From the NCBI RefSeq assembly GCF_009914755.1, contig NC_060931.1: a stretch of DNA of 64,000 nt, one strand, 5' to 3'. Both the position numbers and the translations under genes were made by a program. This DNA is from the human T2T-CHM13v2.0 reference genome, Homo sapiens. A model generated the notes under the pieces. That model saw only the letters and a list, made by a program, of their open reading frames with translations, was not told the DNA's origin and did not search any database. This document shows, piece after piece, positions 28,261 to 44,500 of the stretch (position 1 is the stretch's first letter; each line of letters opens with the position of its first letter).

Positions 28261-28914
28261 AACTAATTACAGAGACATGCAGAGAAAAGGGTATATTCTT
28301 CAAGAGGTTCAGGGATTAGGAACACAGATATTTGCTGACATATTGCCAGTGGGGGATCTGAAAAAGAGAGAAAGTGACCTTAGCTCCAAAATTCGGGCCT
28401 GAGCAAGTGAAATTCAGTGGTGCCATTTGCCAAGCTGAGGAAGAAAGAGGAGAGCCAGAGTGTGCAATGCGGTTTCAGGGAAGAATTAAAGAATGCTGTC
28501 CTGCACATGCTGAGTTTAAAATGCTGATCATTCCATATCCAAATGCATATATCTAGTGGCCAATGGTATGCATGGATTAATGTATAAAAGGCATCCCGGG
28601 GCTTTAGAAAGAGCATAGACTTTGACATTCATTATCATGGGTTCAAATTTCAGCTTTGCCAATTTACAGTATCTGAATAGATTACTTATACCTTTTGATG
28701 CAGATTCCCTTTTTACATTTGAGATAAAAATAACATCCACGTCACAGAGTTTTTTTGAGATAACGTATTGCAAAAACATTGTATCTTAGCATAGAAAGAT
28801 TTAAAATGCCACATAAATGTATTATGTGCTCACAAGAATATTTGATTTGATGGAAAATAAATGCCTGAGACAATGCTGTTGGTTGTCTTCCTCATTGATT
28901 GTTTTCACAAGTGT

Positions 28915-29189
28915 AAATTTAAATACTTACATAGATGACAAGAAGCCTCTAGTGTTGAAGTATAGAAACTGGTCACCTTCCCTGGGAAGGGGGCAACCAC
29001 AGTAAAGAGTCACCTGATGAGCTTCAGGAAAGGCTGGTAAGCCAGTGGACAGGACAGGTAGGGGTCATTGTTTGATGTCTGGCCTCAAGGCATCAAAAAA
29101 GTTCAGTCCCTGCAAAGAACAGGGGAGGAAGAGCTCCATCTGAAGGATGATACATAATCAGCCCAGGGCCCGTGGGTTTCTCATCTATG
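28915..29189 (+). pseudogene. IRF-like DBD exon (unit 2)
   Basis: LNTYIDDKK, HLPWEGGNH, RLVSQWTGQV, LASRHQKKF, FLIY then G|gtaaag phase-1 donor; aligns gap-free with 15790-15860 (R.L...HQ). Confidence 0.65.
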
Positions 29190-29341
29190 GTAAAGCATAT
29201 TTTTCCTTCATTTTTTCCCTTAATGTAGGTGAATCGACACTTTAAAAAGATAGAATAAAAATAAAACACAAGAAACATAATTTTAGAAAAACAAAAATAT
29301 GTAAGACAAATCCTAATTATTTACAATTAGATTTATCCCAC

Positions 29342-29676
29342 TGATATGGTTTGGCTGTGCCCCCACCCAAGTCTCATTTTGAATTCCCAAGTGTTTTGGG
29401 AAGGACCTGGTGGGAGGTAATTGAATCATGGAGGCAGGTCTTTCCCATGCTGTTCTCATGATAGTGAATAAGATCTGATGGTTTTAAAAATGGGAGTGTC
29501 CCTGCACAAGCTCTCTTCTCTTGTCTGCTGCCATGTGAGACATGCCTTTCACCTTCCACCATCATTGTGAGGCCTCCCCAGCCACGTGGAACTGTAAGTC
29601 CAATAAGCCTCTTTCTTTTGTAAATTGCCCAGTCTCGGGTACGTCTTTATCAGCAGCGTAAAAATGGACTAAAACA
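29342..29676 (+). mobile_element. THE1 solo LTR in the intron of unit 2
   Basis: tgatatggtttggctgtg...cagcagcgtaaaaatggactaaaaca. Confidence 0.9.
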
Positions 29677-29750
29677 CACATGTAAAATGAGTCTCAAAAA
29701 TTCCTGTGAAACATATTAAATGATTTGTCTGAAGTTTTGCATTTGTCTGG

Positions 29751-30389
29751 GTCTGTACCTGTAACAACTAACTCACAAACTGTGAGCTCTGAGCCATAAC
29801 TGGGGAAATGTCATGTAGGAAGTAATTCTCAGAAACATTTGAGGTGGAGGCCCGGGGAACAGATAGAATTTATGGTAATTTGTTAAATAAGGGGTTAGTA
29901 TTGCTGTAATTTGGGTATTAAGAGGCAGATGACCCTATGTTTTAGCCAAGGGCAAGAGGTCTGGGGAAGTCAGGTCTTATCCTCACTAGGTGACCCAGGC
30001 CTTCACCCGAGAAGCAGGGCAGAGTGGGAAGTGGCAGGTGTCGTGTGGCCATACTTCACCCCCACCATGCACTCCTGTTGTTTTTGTCTGGGAGTCTGGC
30101 CAAGAATGAGAGAAAAGCAAAAGATACACTTTCCACAGGCCAAATCTGTTTATTTTTCCGGTAAAACTTGGCAAGGGCTTCCAGCTTTTGTTCTTCTTTA
30201 AGGATATGATAAAAGATAATTATATCTACATGTTGGAGAACCAGCTTTATGCCATCAGAAGCCAAATTTCTGGACAAAAGACAAGCATAAAATCTGGTGA
30301 GCAGCAGACAGCTGGCCCACAGTTAGCCCAGAGCCAAGCCCAGGGGAGGTCAACACAGGGTCAAAGGGGATAGGCCAAAGATTGGTGAG
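29751..30389 (+). pseudogene. IRF-like IAD module (unit 2): exons 29751-29874 and 29990-30389
   Basis: KHLRWRPGEQIEFM|VTQAFTREAGQSGKWQVSC vs IRF3 KRLLVPGEEWEFEVTAFYRGRQVFQQTISC; NQLYAIRSQ vs IRF5 QDLYAIRLCQ; phase-1 donor G|gtgagg at the IRF-conserved position. Confidence 0.8.
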
Positions 30390-30715
30390 GTGAGGGGTGG
30401 CAACACTTGAGGCTCATGTTTCTATGGCTCCACAGTTTACTTTGTTGGTTCTAGAAAACTCCGTTGTTAACTAACAAAATCTTAATTAGAATAATCACCC
30501 TAGTAAAATGCCAACAAATAATATCACTTTCTCTGAAAGAAGACTTTACTGGCTAAGAAAGGAAACAGTTAATTGCTTGAGCCTTCACAACAGTAATAGA
30601 TTTGGGAACAAGAGCAGGTAACCAAACTGGTTATACTGGGATTGGAACCAGGAAAGTTTAATTTTGCCCCTGACATGTTGGGCAGGAAGCCCCATGGCTT
30701 TCTGTTTCCTCCAAG

Positions 30716-30840
30716 AGGTCATGAAGCACCTCCCATTTCCACGCTGCTCTATCCAGAGCTTACCCTGGAGGGGTTTGGATCTGATCCGGGCCAAGTGCAG
30801 AAAGCCAGGTTGGGTCATGGAGTACAGAAATCATATCTAG
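30716..30840 (+). pseudogene. IRF-like IAD C-terminal exon (unit 2)
   Basis: tttcctccaag phase-1 acceptor; EVMKHLPFPRCSIQSLPWRGLDLIRAKCRKP vs IRF3 SPRYALW...QPWTKRLVMVKVVP. Confidence 0.55.
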
Positions 30841-31142
30841 GTTACTATTTATTGAAACGTTAAAAAATATTTCAGTTCATTTGTTCCTTCACTTCAACTT
30901 GAGGTAGCTAAAATAAATAAGTAGACAATAACAGAATCAAGGCAAAAGTAGGAAGTGTCCAGATGGATATAAAATAAAAATAAAAACTATCAGCAAGCTC
31001 ATGATGACATATGAAATGCCTAGCATAGAGTCATGTAAGATTTCTAGAAATTGGGTATGAATCTATTTCTAAGACCCTAATAGACAACATCAGTGGGAAA
31101 TCATTGGTAATTAGTGGAGTCTTGTAACTACATGTGCAAACT

Positions 31143-31697
31143 GCAGAAGTTCCCCCATATCCGTAGGAAATATTGCCAAGGGCCCGAGTGGATGCCTGAA
31201 ACCACAGATAGTATCAAAGTCAATAAATACTATTTTTTCCTATAAATATTTATCAGTGGTAAAGTTTAATTTATAAATTAGTTACAGTAAGAGATTACCA
31301 ATAATTAATAATAAAATACGGCAATTATAACAATATGCCAGCATCACTACTCTTGCATTTTGGGGCCATTATTAAGTACAATAAAGGTGACTCGGACACA
31401 AGCAGCTCTCATTACCATGACACTCCATTTGATGACTAGATAACTGGTAGGTGACTAACAGACAAGAGCGTAAACAGCATGGATCCTCTGGGCAGAGGTG
31501 CCGTTCAAGTCCCAGGACAGACCAAGTGGTATGGAGCAAGATTTCATCATTGGACACAGAACAGTGTGCCATTTAAAACGTATTAATTGATTATTTCTGG
31601 AATTTTCCATTTAGAATTTTCAAACTGTTGTTGACCATGAGTAACTGACACTGCAGAAAGTGAAACTATGGATATGGCGGCACAGGGGTGTTACTGT
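31143..31697. mobile_element. MER44-type Tigger MITE
   Basis: cagaagttcccccatatcc and gaaagtgaaactatggat...tactg TIR remnants. Confidence 0.8.
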
Positions 31698-32297
31698 AAC
31701 TAAATGTCTGGAAGCATTACTTTCCTGAAATGAAGACATGAGAATTTTGTATGCGGCCTCATAAAGGAGATATAGTGTGATATAGAGATATTTGACTTTC
31801 TGTTCTTTTAAATGCTAAACAAAAAGTGGTTTTCAAGTGAATTGATCTCATAGTACATAAAAATATTGTCATTTGGCTGCATGATTGATTTAAATGCAGT
31901 AACTATTTGTCAGGCATTATGTCAACTTAGAAAGTAGTGCAGAGATTATTTTCTTATTTAAGTGCATTAGAATGCATATGTAGTTTAGAAATGCAAATCA
32001 TTTAGACACACTCCATAACAAACTCTGGCTTTATTTTAAATGGTTATAATAGAATCCCTTTCACATAAGTAAATATTTCACATAATATTTCACATAAGTA
32101 AAATATTATGATTCCAAGACACAGATCTTCTGAAAATATTTGAGGGGTCTGACCTGTGGAGGTGTTACATAGAAACGTGGGCTCTATTTGAATGCAAAGT
32201 TAAAAAAATAGCATCATGAAGGACTTTTTCTTCTGCTGAGACCCCAGTCTAAGGAGGAATCTGTGGCTATCTTTTTTCCTCTCATTCTAATACACAG

Positions 32298-32455
32298 GGC
32301 AGTTTTGTTCTTCTAGTGCATTTTGTGGAAAAAATGGATGGTGCATCACTTTGATTCACAGTTCTAGTAGGACAGTTTTTTCACTGCTGCCCCTCTAACA
32401 CTTCTGAATGAATTTTAATATGGTCTCTGTCCAAGTGCCCTTTTTAGCAAAGTAG
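32298..32455 (+). pseudogene. Second IRF-like IAD C-terminal exon
   Basis: Pyrimidine tract plus acag acceptor; LVHFVEKMDGASL*FTVLVGQFF vs IRF3 LITFTEGSGRSPRYALWFCVGESW. Confidence 0.55.
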
Positions 32456-33374
32456 GTGTGGAAGACAATGGATTTCTTTTTCTTTACTAGCTAAACGTGA
32501 GAAATATAAAAAATACCTTTAAATGTGGTGTGTGTGTGCATGTTGATAGCTGAAATCAATCATCTGTCATGAGAAGATATTTTATTGCCTATGTTTCAGT
32601 CAGTGATATTTTCTTTATTCACTTAAAAATTGTAAAAAAAATAAAATGTGCCATAGTTCCTCTATTATTAGATTTCTTTCCAAGCCATATCTGTGTAATT
32701 ATTTTACATAATTATAACGATTACTCACATACTACATAATAGTAGTTTAATAGTAGTTTTATATTATTAAATTTTTATTGCACTTTCGTTATGTAATACT
32801 TCACAAATGTGTTTTCATGTCTTTCTTAAAATCATTTTAAGGGGTAACATATCATAATTTACTTCCATATTCTAGGAGTGCTAAGATTGTTTCCAGTGTT
32901 CACTTCCACAGTGAACGTTCTGTTGCACGGCCATTTACTGTGCTCAGCAGCAGCTCTCCTTGTGTCATTCCATTTAGGACCTAACTGATTCAGGACACTG
33001 CTGGTCTCAAAAGAGGAAATAAAAGACATGGCTGAACACCTCACTGTCTCCTAGAGGCTCTTCTCAGGAGTGGCTTCCATAACTTCCCATATCATCTCAT
33101 TCAGCACAGCAGTTCAGGTGGCCAAACCTGAAGTTTTCGAGTCAGAAAGTAAAATCCTTCCCCATAGAGAGGAAGCGACTCATTTGAACAAAAATACAAT
33201 TGAGTACAACCACTACACTCCACTGCTTCTTTGAGACATAACTGATTACATTTTAAGAGAGCCTCCAATGCCCAACTACATTTATTGTGTGTGAGGTCTG
33301 TCTTCTTTCCTTTCCCACTTCTTAGCTAAAAGGTTCAGATAAGCAATATCATGATGTCATCTTTCATATTAATA

Positions 33375-33630
33375 TTAATTTATCTGATGAATTGTGCCAG
33401 ACATTGCCCCTTAAGTAAGAATCTATAAACTACACTAGGCTTAGACATAATTTGGAAAAAAAAATCTAGTATTGCAAGAACTGTGTTATAGATCCATTAA
33501 TTTTACAGCTAAAGTTGATATGAACACATGTAAAAATCATATCCAAAGCACAGCAGTGTCAAGATGTAAAGAGAATGCAGAAAAAAGAATTTCTGCGGCT
33601 CTTTTATGTATTTATGCCATATTTCCCTTT
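33375..33630 (+). pseudogene. IRF-like DBD exon
   Basis: LIYLMNCARHCPLK*ESINYTRLR vs LIDQIDSGKYPGLVWEN..TRFR; KVDMNTCKNHIQS vs IRF3 KPDLPTWKRNFRS; ALLCIY matches paralog ALMCIY. Confidence 0.65.
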
Positions 33631-33989
33631 AGGATTCAGGCCTTGCTTTCCCAATCACTAGCGAAAAGCAGTGTTCATTATTTGATGACTAAACTTTTTT
33701 AAATTTTAGTCTTTTCAAAATATCAATCATTTCTAAATTCATCAAGACTCTTGAATAAAATGATGCACAAGAAGTTACATACAATTGATAGTGAACTAAT
33801 ATTTCAGTGATTTGTATTGTCCAGAATCTTACTGTATTTGAGGAATAGTGAGGACTAAATTTCTCAATGACTATATTTGCTGAGAGTTGCCACTTAATTT
33901 CTGACCTTAGTATTTTCTTTCCCCTTTCTAACAACAGAAATTCTGTCTTCTGCAAATATTTTCTATAATATCACAGGCTAACTCTCAGT

Positions 33990-35358
<1,369 letters not shown>

Positions 35359-36379
35359 TCAAATTGTATTAGTTGTGAAAATGAGCATTTGCAAAGTAAC
35401 TTGGAGAAAAATGAAACTTTCAATTTTATAATAAAGGCTTATATTTTTATCTATTGCATTAACATTAAAACAATTCACATGATTCAGATTCTTAAGATAA
35501 AAAAATTACTCATTTCATAATCCTCTTATATCTCTGGTTTTGTTTTAAAATTCAGATTTCAGATTCACTCCAGAATTATCTTGTTTCTCTCTTCTGTTTT
35601 CATATTCTCACCGATGACTTTTTCTACATGCATGTATAAGTTTTACGTATTTTTAACCATAGCATGGCTAACATTTTTCATCCCCATTTGGCACTTTTAT
35701 TCTAACTTATAAATATTTTCTCATGTTAATACATGGTCTTTAATATCATTAGTGCTATACAAGATTTTACCAGACCAATGAACCACTATTCTGTTTGAGT
35801 CATTAAATAGCATCCTATTATTGGAGCTCTGCCTTGTTTCCAATTCTTTGTAAGCAGACAGTGCTATAATGATTATTTTTATTTCTATTGGTGTTTTTAG
35901 CTTTTATTTTTGTTTGCAAAAGTATCTTACAGTAGATTCTCAGGAATGAGAGGATTGAGTTTGAGCACCTTTTCAGCTCTTGAAATCTATGCCAAATTGC
36001 TTTTCTAAGTGAGATGTACCAATTTATAGCCACAATCTGTATGTTAGAATGTGTGTGTTATTGCAGCATTGTCAATCTTAATTATTAGAAATTGGCTTAT
36101 GTAATAGATAAAAAATGTTAACGAATTTTGACACTCCTGGGTTTAATCAGGAAGCGTTTAAATTTGATGTTCCTGTTTTCTATTGACTAAGGTTGTTACT
36201 ATTATTGTTAGTGGTAGTATTTGTAGTAGGTGACATGTTTCCTTGTGACCTTTACCTCCCGAGGTCTTGACCTTCTGTAACATGTAAGCTGATCCAACTA
36301 TCTTTTGTCTCTTTTAGAAATAGTCTTTTAATTATATAGAAGTTTAATCATTTTATATATTTTAATGTTTATCAATGTA

Positions 36380-36945
36380 TTTTGTATATTAGTCAGAAGA
36401 TGGAAATCCTTTCAGTAATTTAAAGAAAAAGAATTTATTATTAAGAACTGCTAACTTGGTATAAAGATGTTAATTACTGAATAGATAAAGAGTGGACACT
36501 AAGTTGTCAGGGAGTTAGCAGCTAAAGGAAGCTATGCTTACCTCTAAAGCTAAGGGGACAAAGGGAAAAAAGAAGTGTGGAGGTTATATTCTGCCACAGA
36601 GAGAAACTCAGTCCTCTGAGTAGAGAGGACTGCGTGCTGCAGTCTCTGGGTCTAGAGAAGGTGCTGAGGAGCTGCAACCCTGACCTTCCCAAAGGAACTG
36701 CAGCCACAGGAGTGAAGATGGATGTGTTAATGTTGTGCTACAATGGGAATTAAAGGGGACAAAGTACTCCTGTCACTTCTCCAGACTTGCAGTTCCTTCG
36801 AATGCCCTCTCTTAGTGGAACATAACAGAAGCCAATTGGAGAGCAAAAATGCAGCTTGTGGTGTTCCAGCCCCAGCATCACAAAGCAGGGTATAGAAGAT
36901 TGTGCTCAAGCTGAGAATCAACAACAGAATGACAATCATTACATA
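36380..36945. mobile_element. Ancient LTR fragment
   Basis: tgtatattagtcag start and ccagccccagcatcacaaagcag...gctgaga end. Confidence 0.5.
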
Positions 36946-36979
36946 TACTGGAAGAAGTTGGGGGTAATTATTTGAACTC

Positions 36980-37416
36980 TGTTAAATAAAACAATTATTC
37001 TGAAACTCATTAAAAAATAAGAAGGCTTTATTCAAGACCATCAGAATACAGGAGAGAGATCAGGCTCAACTCAAATACAGCAAGGACAAGTGGGGGTTGA
37101 CAGCCAATAAAGTGAAGGAGTTCATGGGTGGAAAATTACTAGGAGGAGACATCAAGGGTATGGGGATTCTTGCTAAACCAACATGACAGGATTCTTGCTA
37201 GAGGCAGGTCAAGAACTTGTACATCAAAGGTGAGGGATGACAAATTTGATTAGATATCAAGGATGGGGAGATCCTTGCTAAACTGACTTAGCAGGATTCT
37301 TGCTAAAACTGGACTAGGAAGGCCAAAAGCAGGACAGGGGCCAAGGTCAAGGCCTAATTTAGAAGAGGGTTCAGCAGAGCCTGACTAAAGTTTAATCAAG
37401 AAGAGAATTTTTGCCA
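36980..37416 (-). mobile_element. MER31 LTR
   Basis: Repeated ggattcttgcta; end agagcctgactaaagtttaatcaagaagagaatttttgcca. Confidence 0.8.
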
Positions 37417-37661
37417 GGAAAAGGTTGAGGGTCATTATTTGAGCTTCTAGAAATTGATATGGCCTCTATGTACTCCTTCATCCTACAAGGAGAGAGAGAG
37501 AGATACATGTGTAATTGCTTATTTATGATTTTATAGCTTCCTTGTATCACAAAGGATTTGATATTACTTGCCCATGTTAACGGAAAAAATCATTGTGTAT
37601 CTGGATCTGTTTGAGATTTTCAGATCTACTTTTCTTGAATAAATTCCATATCCCTGATTAA

Positions 37662-38063
<402 letters not shown>

Positions 38064-38539
38064 TAATTGGGATAGATACTTTTACACACAAAAGTGGTAC
38101 CATATTTAAGTGAAGTAGGAGGCACTGGGCTAAGTATATTCCTTATTACCATACACATTTTTTAGAGTTTTATGTGAATGCTGGGCTTCCAAAGCACCAC
38201 AGGCCCCTGTTAATGCCATCAAAATTTAGGAATTCTTAGAATTAGCAAATTCTCCTTTATTGCTCCTAAACATAAAGATTAGTTGAAAGAATAAAACAAT
38301 GAATGAATAAGTGGAACTCTTTTTACGATCCAACCACTAACTGCTGGTTTTCTGTTTCACCCCTATTCCTTTGAGTATGCACACACGTATTATGAAATCA
38401 TGTGATATGATATATTTAATCATATGTTTTAAACATATTACCAGATCATAATGATTGTTCTGTATTATCATTTAAAGTTTTCACAGTGTTTCAGTGAATT
38501 CCATTTCAGATGACAGTGTTATTTTTAATTGTTTTTATT

Positions 38540-41500
38540 AAAACATGGCTCCAAAAACTTTCATTTTTAGCTCCACATGTAAAGAGCTTAAAAGTTGTCA
38601 AAGTTGTCACTCTGTCCTTAAAACAGGAATGAAACTGCATAGAGTAAAAGTCAACAGCTTTTTTTGGGTCCCATTAGAGAAATGAGGTCATGAGACAAAC
38701 AGCCACCACCAAAATTGGAGAGACAGATAACTAGAGACAATCACAGTTGAGATCATCTTATGATGAGCAAAAGTTGGTAGGAAGAAGCAATAATAACCAC
38801 AAGTTGGTAGGAAGAAGCAATAATAACTTCCACCAATTGATAGAGGTGGTATGAGTAATTTCTGGGGTCTGCAGTCTTAAAATAGCACACTTTTATTGAT
38901 TTTCCTCTATGAACTTCACAAGTTCTAAGTAACCATTCTGAAATATATTCAGAGTGTTCTCTGTAGCAAAGGCCAGAACTCCCAGGGAAAGGACATTTCT
39001 AGATACTTATCTGACATGGAGAAAGGACAATTTCCCAACTCCAGCCCCATCTAGCCTTCCAGTTTCACCTAGGGAGGGTAAGAAGCAGTGAAACATTTCC
39101 AATGATATCACAGCGTAGGGAAACAGGTGCACTAAGAGTTTCAGATTTAGTCATAAGAATATAGAATGATCCCCTCTGCCACTCCTAATCACCCTATCAA
39201 CAGGGCTTCAATAGAATAACAGCAGGTTTCATCAAGGCTCAGACTCTAAGGCATTCTTAGGAAAACCCAAACATAACAAGGGAGACAGAAAGACAGTCAG
39301 TAGACAGAGGACATTGGAGTCCCTGGAACATACAGCTACCACAGACATGAAGCACACCTCAACTCATAGCCAGAGGGATGTAAAACTCATCCCAAAGGTT
39401 CCACTTATCTAACTCTAGTATCTGATGTGTCATGTCTGGCTTGCACAAATAGTTGCAAAACATTCGAAGAGACAAGAAAAAACAATGTCTGAAGAGAAAA
39501 AAGTAACCATGCTCAGATATGACACAGAATTTGGAATAATAAGACAGTCAATTTAAATAATTATGATTAATATATTAAGCACTCTCATAAGAAATGTAGG
39601 CTATATATATATATATATATAAACATAGCAGAATACACATATCCAACATCTGCACAATTTCAAGAGCTATGAATTAAATTAGAAATTATTGGAATAATAG
39701 AAAAAGAAAAAGATAAGATAGCTGAAAAAAATATTCAAAATATATAGTAATGCTGAACAGGTTTCAAAATTAATGATGTTCATCACACTATATTGCCAGA
39801 AACCTCAGAGAAAGCTGAGGTGGATAAGTGCCAGATAATTGAAACTTAGGCATATTGTATTTATTTATTTATTTTCTCAAATTTGTTGAGGGATAATGAC
39901 AAGTAAAAATTGTGTATGTTTATGGTTTTCAATATGAAGTTTTTATAAATGTATATATCATGTAATGATTAAATCAAGCTAATTAACCTATTCATCACCT
40001 CACATACCTATTTTTTATGATAAGAAACACCTAATTTCTTAGCAATTTTTAAGTGTATCATAAATTGTTATTATTTTTAATTTATTATGTATATTTGAGG
40101 TCTACAACATGATGTTATGGGATATGTATTGATAGTAAAATGGCTATTATAGATGAAGCAAATGAACACTTCTATCACCTCATGTTACTTTTTTGTGTGA
40201 TAACAGCAGCTAAAATTTTATTTAACAGAAAGCCCTTATAAAATTTTATTAACTATAGTGCTCATATTATACATTAGATTTCTAGACTTATTTATCGTAC
40301 ACTTCTGCTGCTTTGTATCCTTTGGCCTATACTTCCTTCTTGTTCCCAATTCCCATCCTCTAGAAACCATTATTTTACATTGTTTTATTCTCTCTGTATA
40401 TTGTGTATATTTGACCTCTTTTTTAGATTCCACATAAATGTGAGATCATGCAATGTTTTTCTGCTGGTAGTTTTTGTGTCTTCTTTAGAGAAATATCTAT
40501 TCAGGTCTTTTGCTCATTTTTTAATCAGGTTGTTTTTCTGCTGTTGAATTTTAAGTATTTTTCACATATTTAGGGTATTAACTCATTATCAAATATATGG
40601 TTTGCAAATATTCTTTTTCCCAATCTTAGGTTGCCTTTCCATTTTGTTGATGGTTTCCTTTGCTGTGTGGAGGCTTTTTAGTTTGACGTAGTCTCTTTTA
40701 TTTATTTTTGCTTTTGTAGTCTGAGCTTTTCGTGTGATTTGCAAAAAATTCATTGCCAAGGCCAATGTCCAACAGCTTTTTCCCTATGTTCTCTTCTAGG
40801 AGTTTTAGGATGTCATGTCTTATCTTTAGTTTTTTTATCCATTTTGCATTGATTTTTATATATAGTATAAGATAAAGGTCCAATTTTATTTTTTGTCTGT
40901 GGAAATCCAGTTTTCCCAGCATCATTTGTGGAAGATAATGTTTTATCCCCACCTTCTCCTCTTGGCACAAATTTTGAAAACTATTTGACTGTGTATGCCT
41001 GGATTTATTTTGTTCTTCTGTTATAGTAGCCAAACAAATTAGGAGACATACCAAGTATCTTTTCTGACTGCAGTAGAATGAAATTAGAAGTCAGTAACAG
41101 AAGGAAAACTGGAAAATTCACAAATAAGTGAAAATTAAACAACACCCTCTTGAACAAGCATTGGGTTAAAGAAGCAATCAAAATGAACATTAGAAAATAT
41201 TTTGAGTCAATGAAAGCAAAAAGCTTACCCAAACAGATAAGATATAGAAAAAGCAGTACTAAGAGGGGAAGTACATGGCAATAACTGTCCATATTAAGAA
41301 AAAAGAAAAAAAGGTAAATAACTTAATTTTATACCTCAAAGAACTAAAGAAAGAAGAACAACCTAAGACTGAAGATAGCAGAAGGAAGGGGATTTTAAAA
41401 ATTAGATGAGAAATATGAAATATAGCCGATAGAAAACTAATAGAAAAAACAACTAAACTAAGATTTGGGCTTTCTTTTAAGATAAGTAAAATTAACAAAC

Positions 41501-44500
41501 TTTCACACTTACTGGAAAAAAATAAGAGAAGACTCAAATAAAATCAGAAATGAAAGAGATGTCATCACATCTGATGGCAAAGAAATAAAAAAGATCATAA
41601 AAGACTACAGTGAATAATTATATGTCAACATGTAGAAACACAGTGTACCAAGACTGAATCATGAAGACATTGAAAATCTCTCTCAATAAAGAAAAGTCCA
41701 GCACCAGAAAGATGCACTGATGAATTCTACCAAACACTTAAAGCATGAACAGTGATCCCTCTCAATCTCTCAAAAAAAAAAAAAAAAATTGAAGAGTGGG
41801 GACTCCCAAAGTTATTTTATGAGGCTAGCATCACCCTGATAACAAATACAGACAAAAAAAAACCCTTTACAAGAAGAGAAAACTACAAGTCAATAAATAT
41901 TCCTGATGAATACAGATGCAAAAAACCTCAACAAAATACTAGCAAACTTAATTCTGTAGCACATTAAAAGGATCATATACCATAACCAAGTGGGATGTAT
42001 TTGTGGAATGCAGGGTGTTCTAACATATACTAATAAATAAATATGATACCATACATTAGTAGAATGAAGGATAAAATTACACAATCGTCTCAACAGATGC
42101 AGAAAAAGCATTTGACAAAATCCAACACATTTTTGTGATAAAATCTCTCAACAAACTATATACAGAAGGAATTTTTTGTATATGAAAAGCCCACAAATGA
42201 CATGATCTATAACAGTGAAAAAATAAAAGCATTTTCTCTAAGATCAGAAACAAGGCAAGATGAACACTTTTTATCACATGTACTCCTCATACTACTGAAA
42301 TTTCTAGCCAAGGCAATTAGGAAAGAAAAAGAAATAAAATATATTCAACTGAGAAAGAATGAAGCAAAAACTATCGTTTGGCAGGAGATGTGATTTTATA
42401 TGTAGAAAACATGAAAGACTACACACACAAATTTTCAAAGTGATGTTGGGCAAAAATACAAAGCTGGAGACATCACACTTTCTGATATTAAAATACATTA
42501 CAAATGTAAAATAATCAAAATAGCATGGTACTGGCATAAAAACAAACACATAGACCAATAGAACAGAAAATAGACTTTAGAAATAAACCCAGGTATATGT
42601 GGTCAATGGATCTTCAACCATAGGGTGCCAAGAATACACAATGGGGAAAGGATAGTCTCTTCAACAAATGATGTTGAGAAAATTGGATATCCACGTGCAA
42701 AAGAATGAACTTGATCTTTATCTTACCACATACACAAACATCAACTGAAGGTGGATTAAAAATTAAATGTAAGACCTGAATCTATAGAACTCAGAGAAAA
42801 ACAAACAAAAAAAGACTTAATCTTTGTTTTAGGCAATGGTTTCTTAGATACGGCACCAAGAGCACTGGCAAGAAAAGCAAAAATAGGCAATAGGATTACA
42901 TCAAACTAGAAAACTTCTGCACAGCAAAGGAAATAATCAACAGATTAAAAAGGCACCTACAGAATGAGAGAAAGTATTTGTAAACCATATGTCTGATAAG
43001 GGGTTAATGTTTAAAATATATACAAATCTTTCACAGCTCAATAGCAAACAAACAAACAAACAAACAAAAAACAAACCTGATTTAAAAATTGGCAAGATAG
43101 GCCGGGCGCAGTAGCTCAGGCCTGTAATCTCAGGACTTTGGGAGGCTGAGGCAGGTGAATCACGAGGTTAGGAGTTCAAGACCAGCCTGGCCAAGATGGT
43201 GAAATCCCGTCTCTACTAAAAACACAAAAAATTAGCCAGGCATGGTGGCAGGTGCCTGTAATCCCAGCTACTCGGGAGCCTGAGGAAGGGAATTGCTTGA
43301 ACCCAGGAGGCAGAGATTGCAGTGAGCCGGGATCATGCCAGTGCACTCCAGCCTGGGTGACAGAGTGAGACTCCATCACACACACACACAAAAAACACAT
43401 AAATAGATATTTCTCTAAAGAAGACATGCAAATGACCAAGTATATAAAAATATGTTCAACATCACTAATCATCAGGAAAATTCAAGTCAAAGCCACATGA
43501 GATATCACCTTATTGTGTTTAGATGGCTGTTATCAAAAACCAAAAGATAAGTGTTGGCAAGAATTTGGAGAAATTGGAACACTGTTAGTGGAAATGTAAA
43601 ATGGTACAGCTGCTGTAGTAGTTTGTCAAAAAAGCAATAGTAGAACTACCATATGATCCAGCAATCTCACTTCTGGGTATATTTTTTAAAAATTGAAATA
43701 TATATTATGATAAGATATTAATACTCCCACATTTATTTCACTGTTATTCACAATAGTCAAAATATGGATGCAAACTAAATGTTCATGGATGGATGAGTAG
43801 ATTCAAATATGTGACATAGACATATAAATAAATATTATTCAGCCTTAAAAAAAGGAAATCCTGTCATATGTGACAACATGGATGAACCTGTTGATCATTA
43901 TGCTAATTGAAATAAGCAGGTCACAGAAGGACAATAATCTATTGTTTCACTTATGTGAGAAATCTAAGTTAGTCAAGCTCATCTAAAGAGAGTAGAATTG
44001 TGGTTGCCAGAGGCAGGGAGAGGGTGGAATGGGAAGTTGTTGTTCAATGTGTATAACATTTCAGTTATACAAAATTAATAAGTTATACAAATCTGTTGAA
44101 CAACACTGTGCCTATAATTAACAATACTGAATTTTGCACTTAAAATTTTTGTTAAGAGGGTAGATTTCATGTTAAATGTTCCTTCCACAATATGAAACAG
44201 AAACCAAGGTGAAATAAAATAATTTTTTATTCTTCACTGATCCAGCAGATAACTCTTAATTTAAAAAAATAGTGGCAGCATTGTATATGGTGACTATAGT
44301 AGGTGGTAAGTGAAATTAACCATATCGATATAGCAGACAGGAGAGAGGAATGGGAATAGTATATTAAGGTATCTGCACTGCCCATGAAGTGGTATAATGT
44401 TAATGGAAAGAAGACTTCATTTAGTTGTAAATAGGTATTGCAAACTCTATAGCAATCACTAAACAAAATTTAAAGAGATAATTATTAATATGGTAAGATA

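Noticed and set aside
29990-30290. Resemblance of the duplicated module to DPPA2/4 C-terminal domain, RTP zf-3CxxC, OAS, ISG15 or (antisense) Gypsy RT
   Set aside because: Each matched only a few scattered residues, lacked the family's catalytic or Zn-binding residues, and did not explain the neighbouring exons, whereas IRF explains domain order and one intron phase.
40236-44466. Many short ORFs in the L1 block
   Set aside because: Frame-broken L1 ORF2/UTR remnants and their antisense frames.
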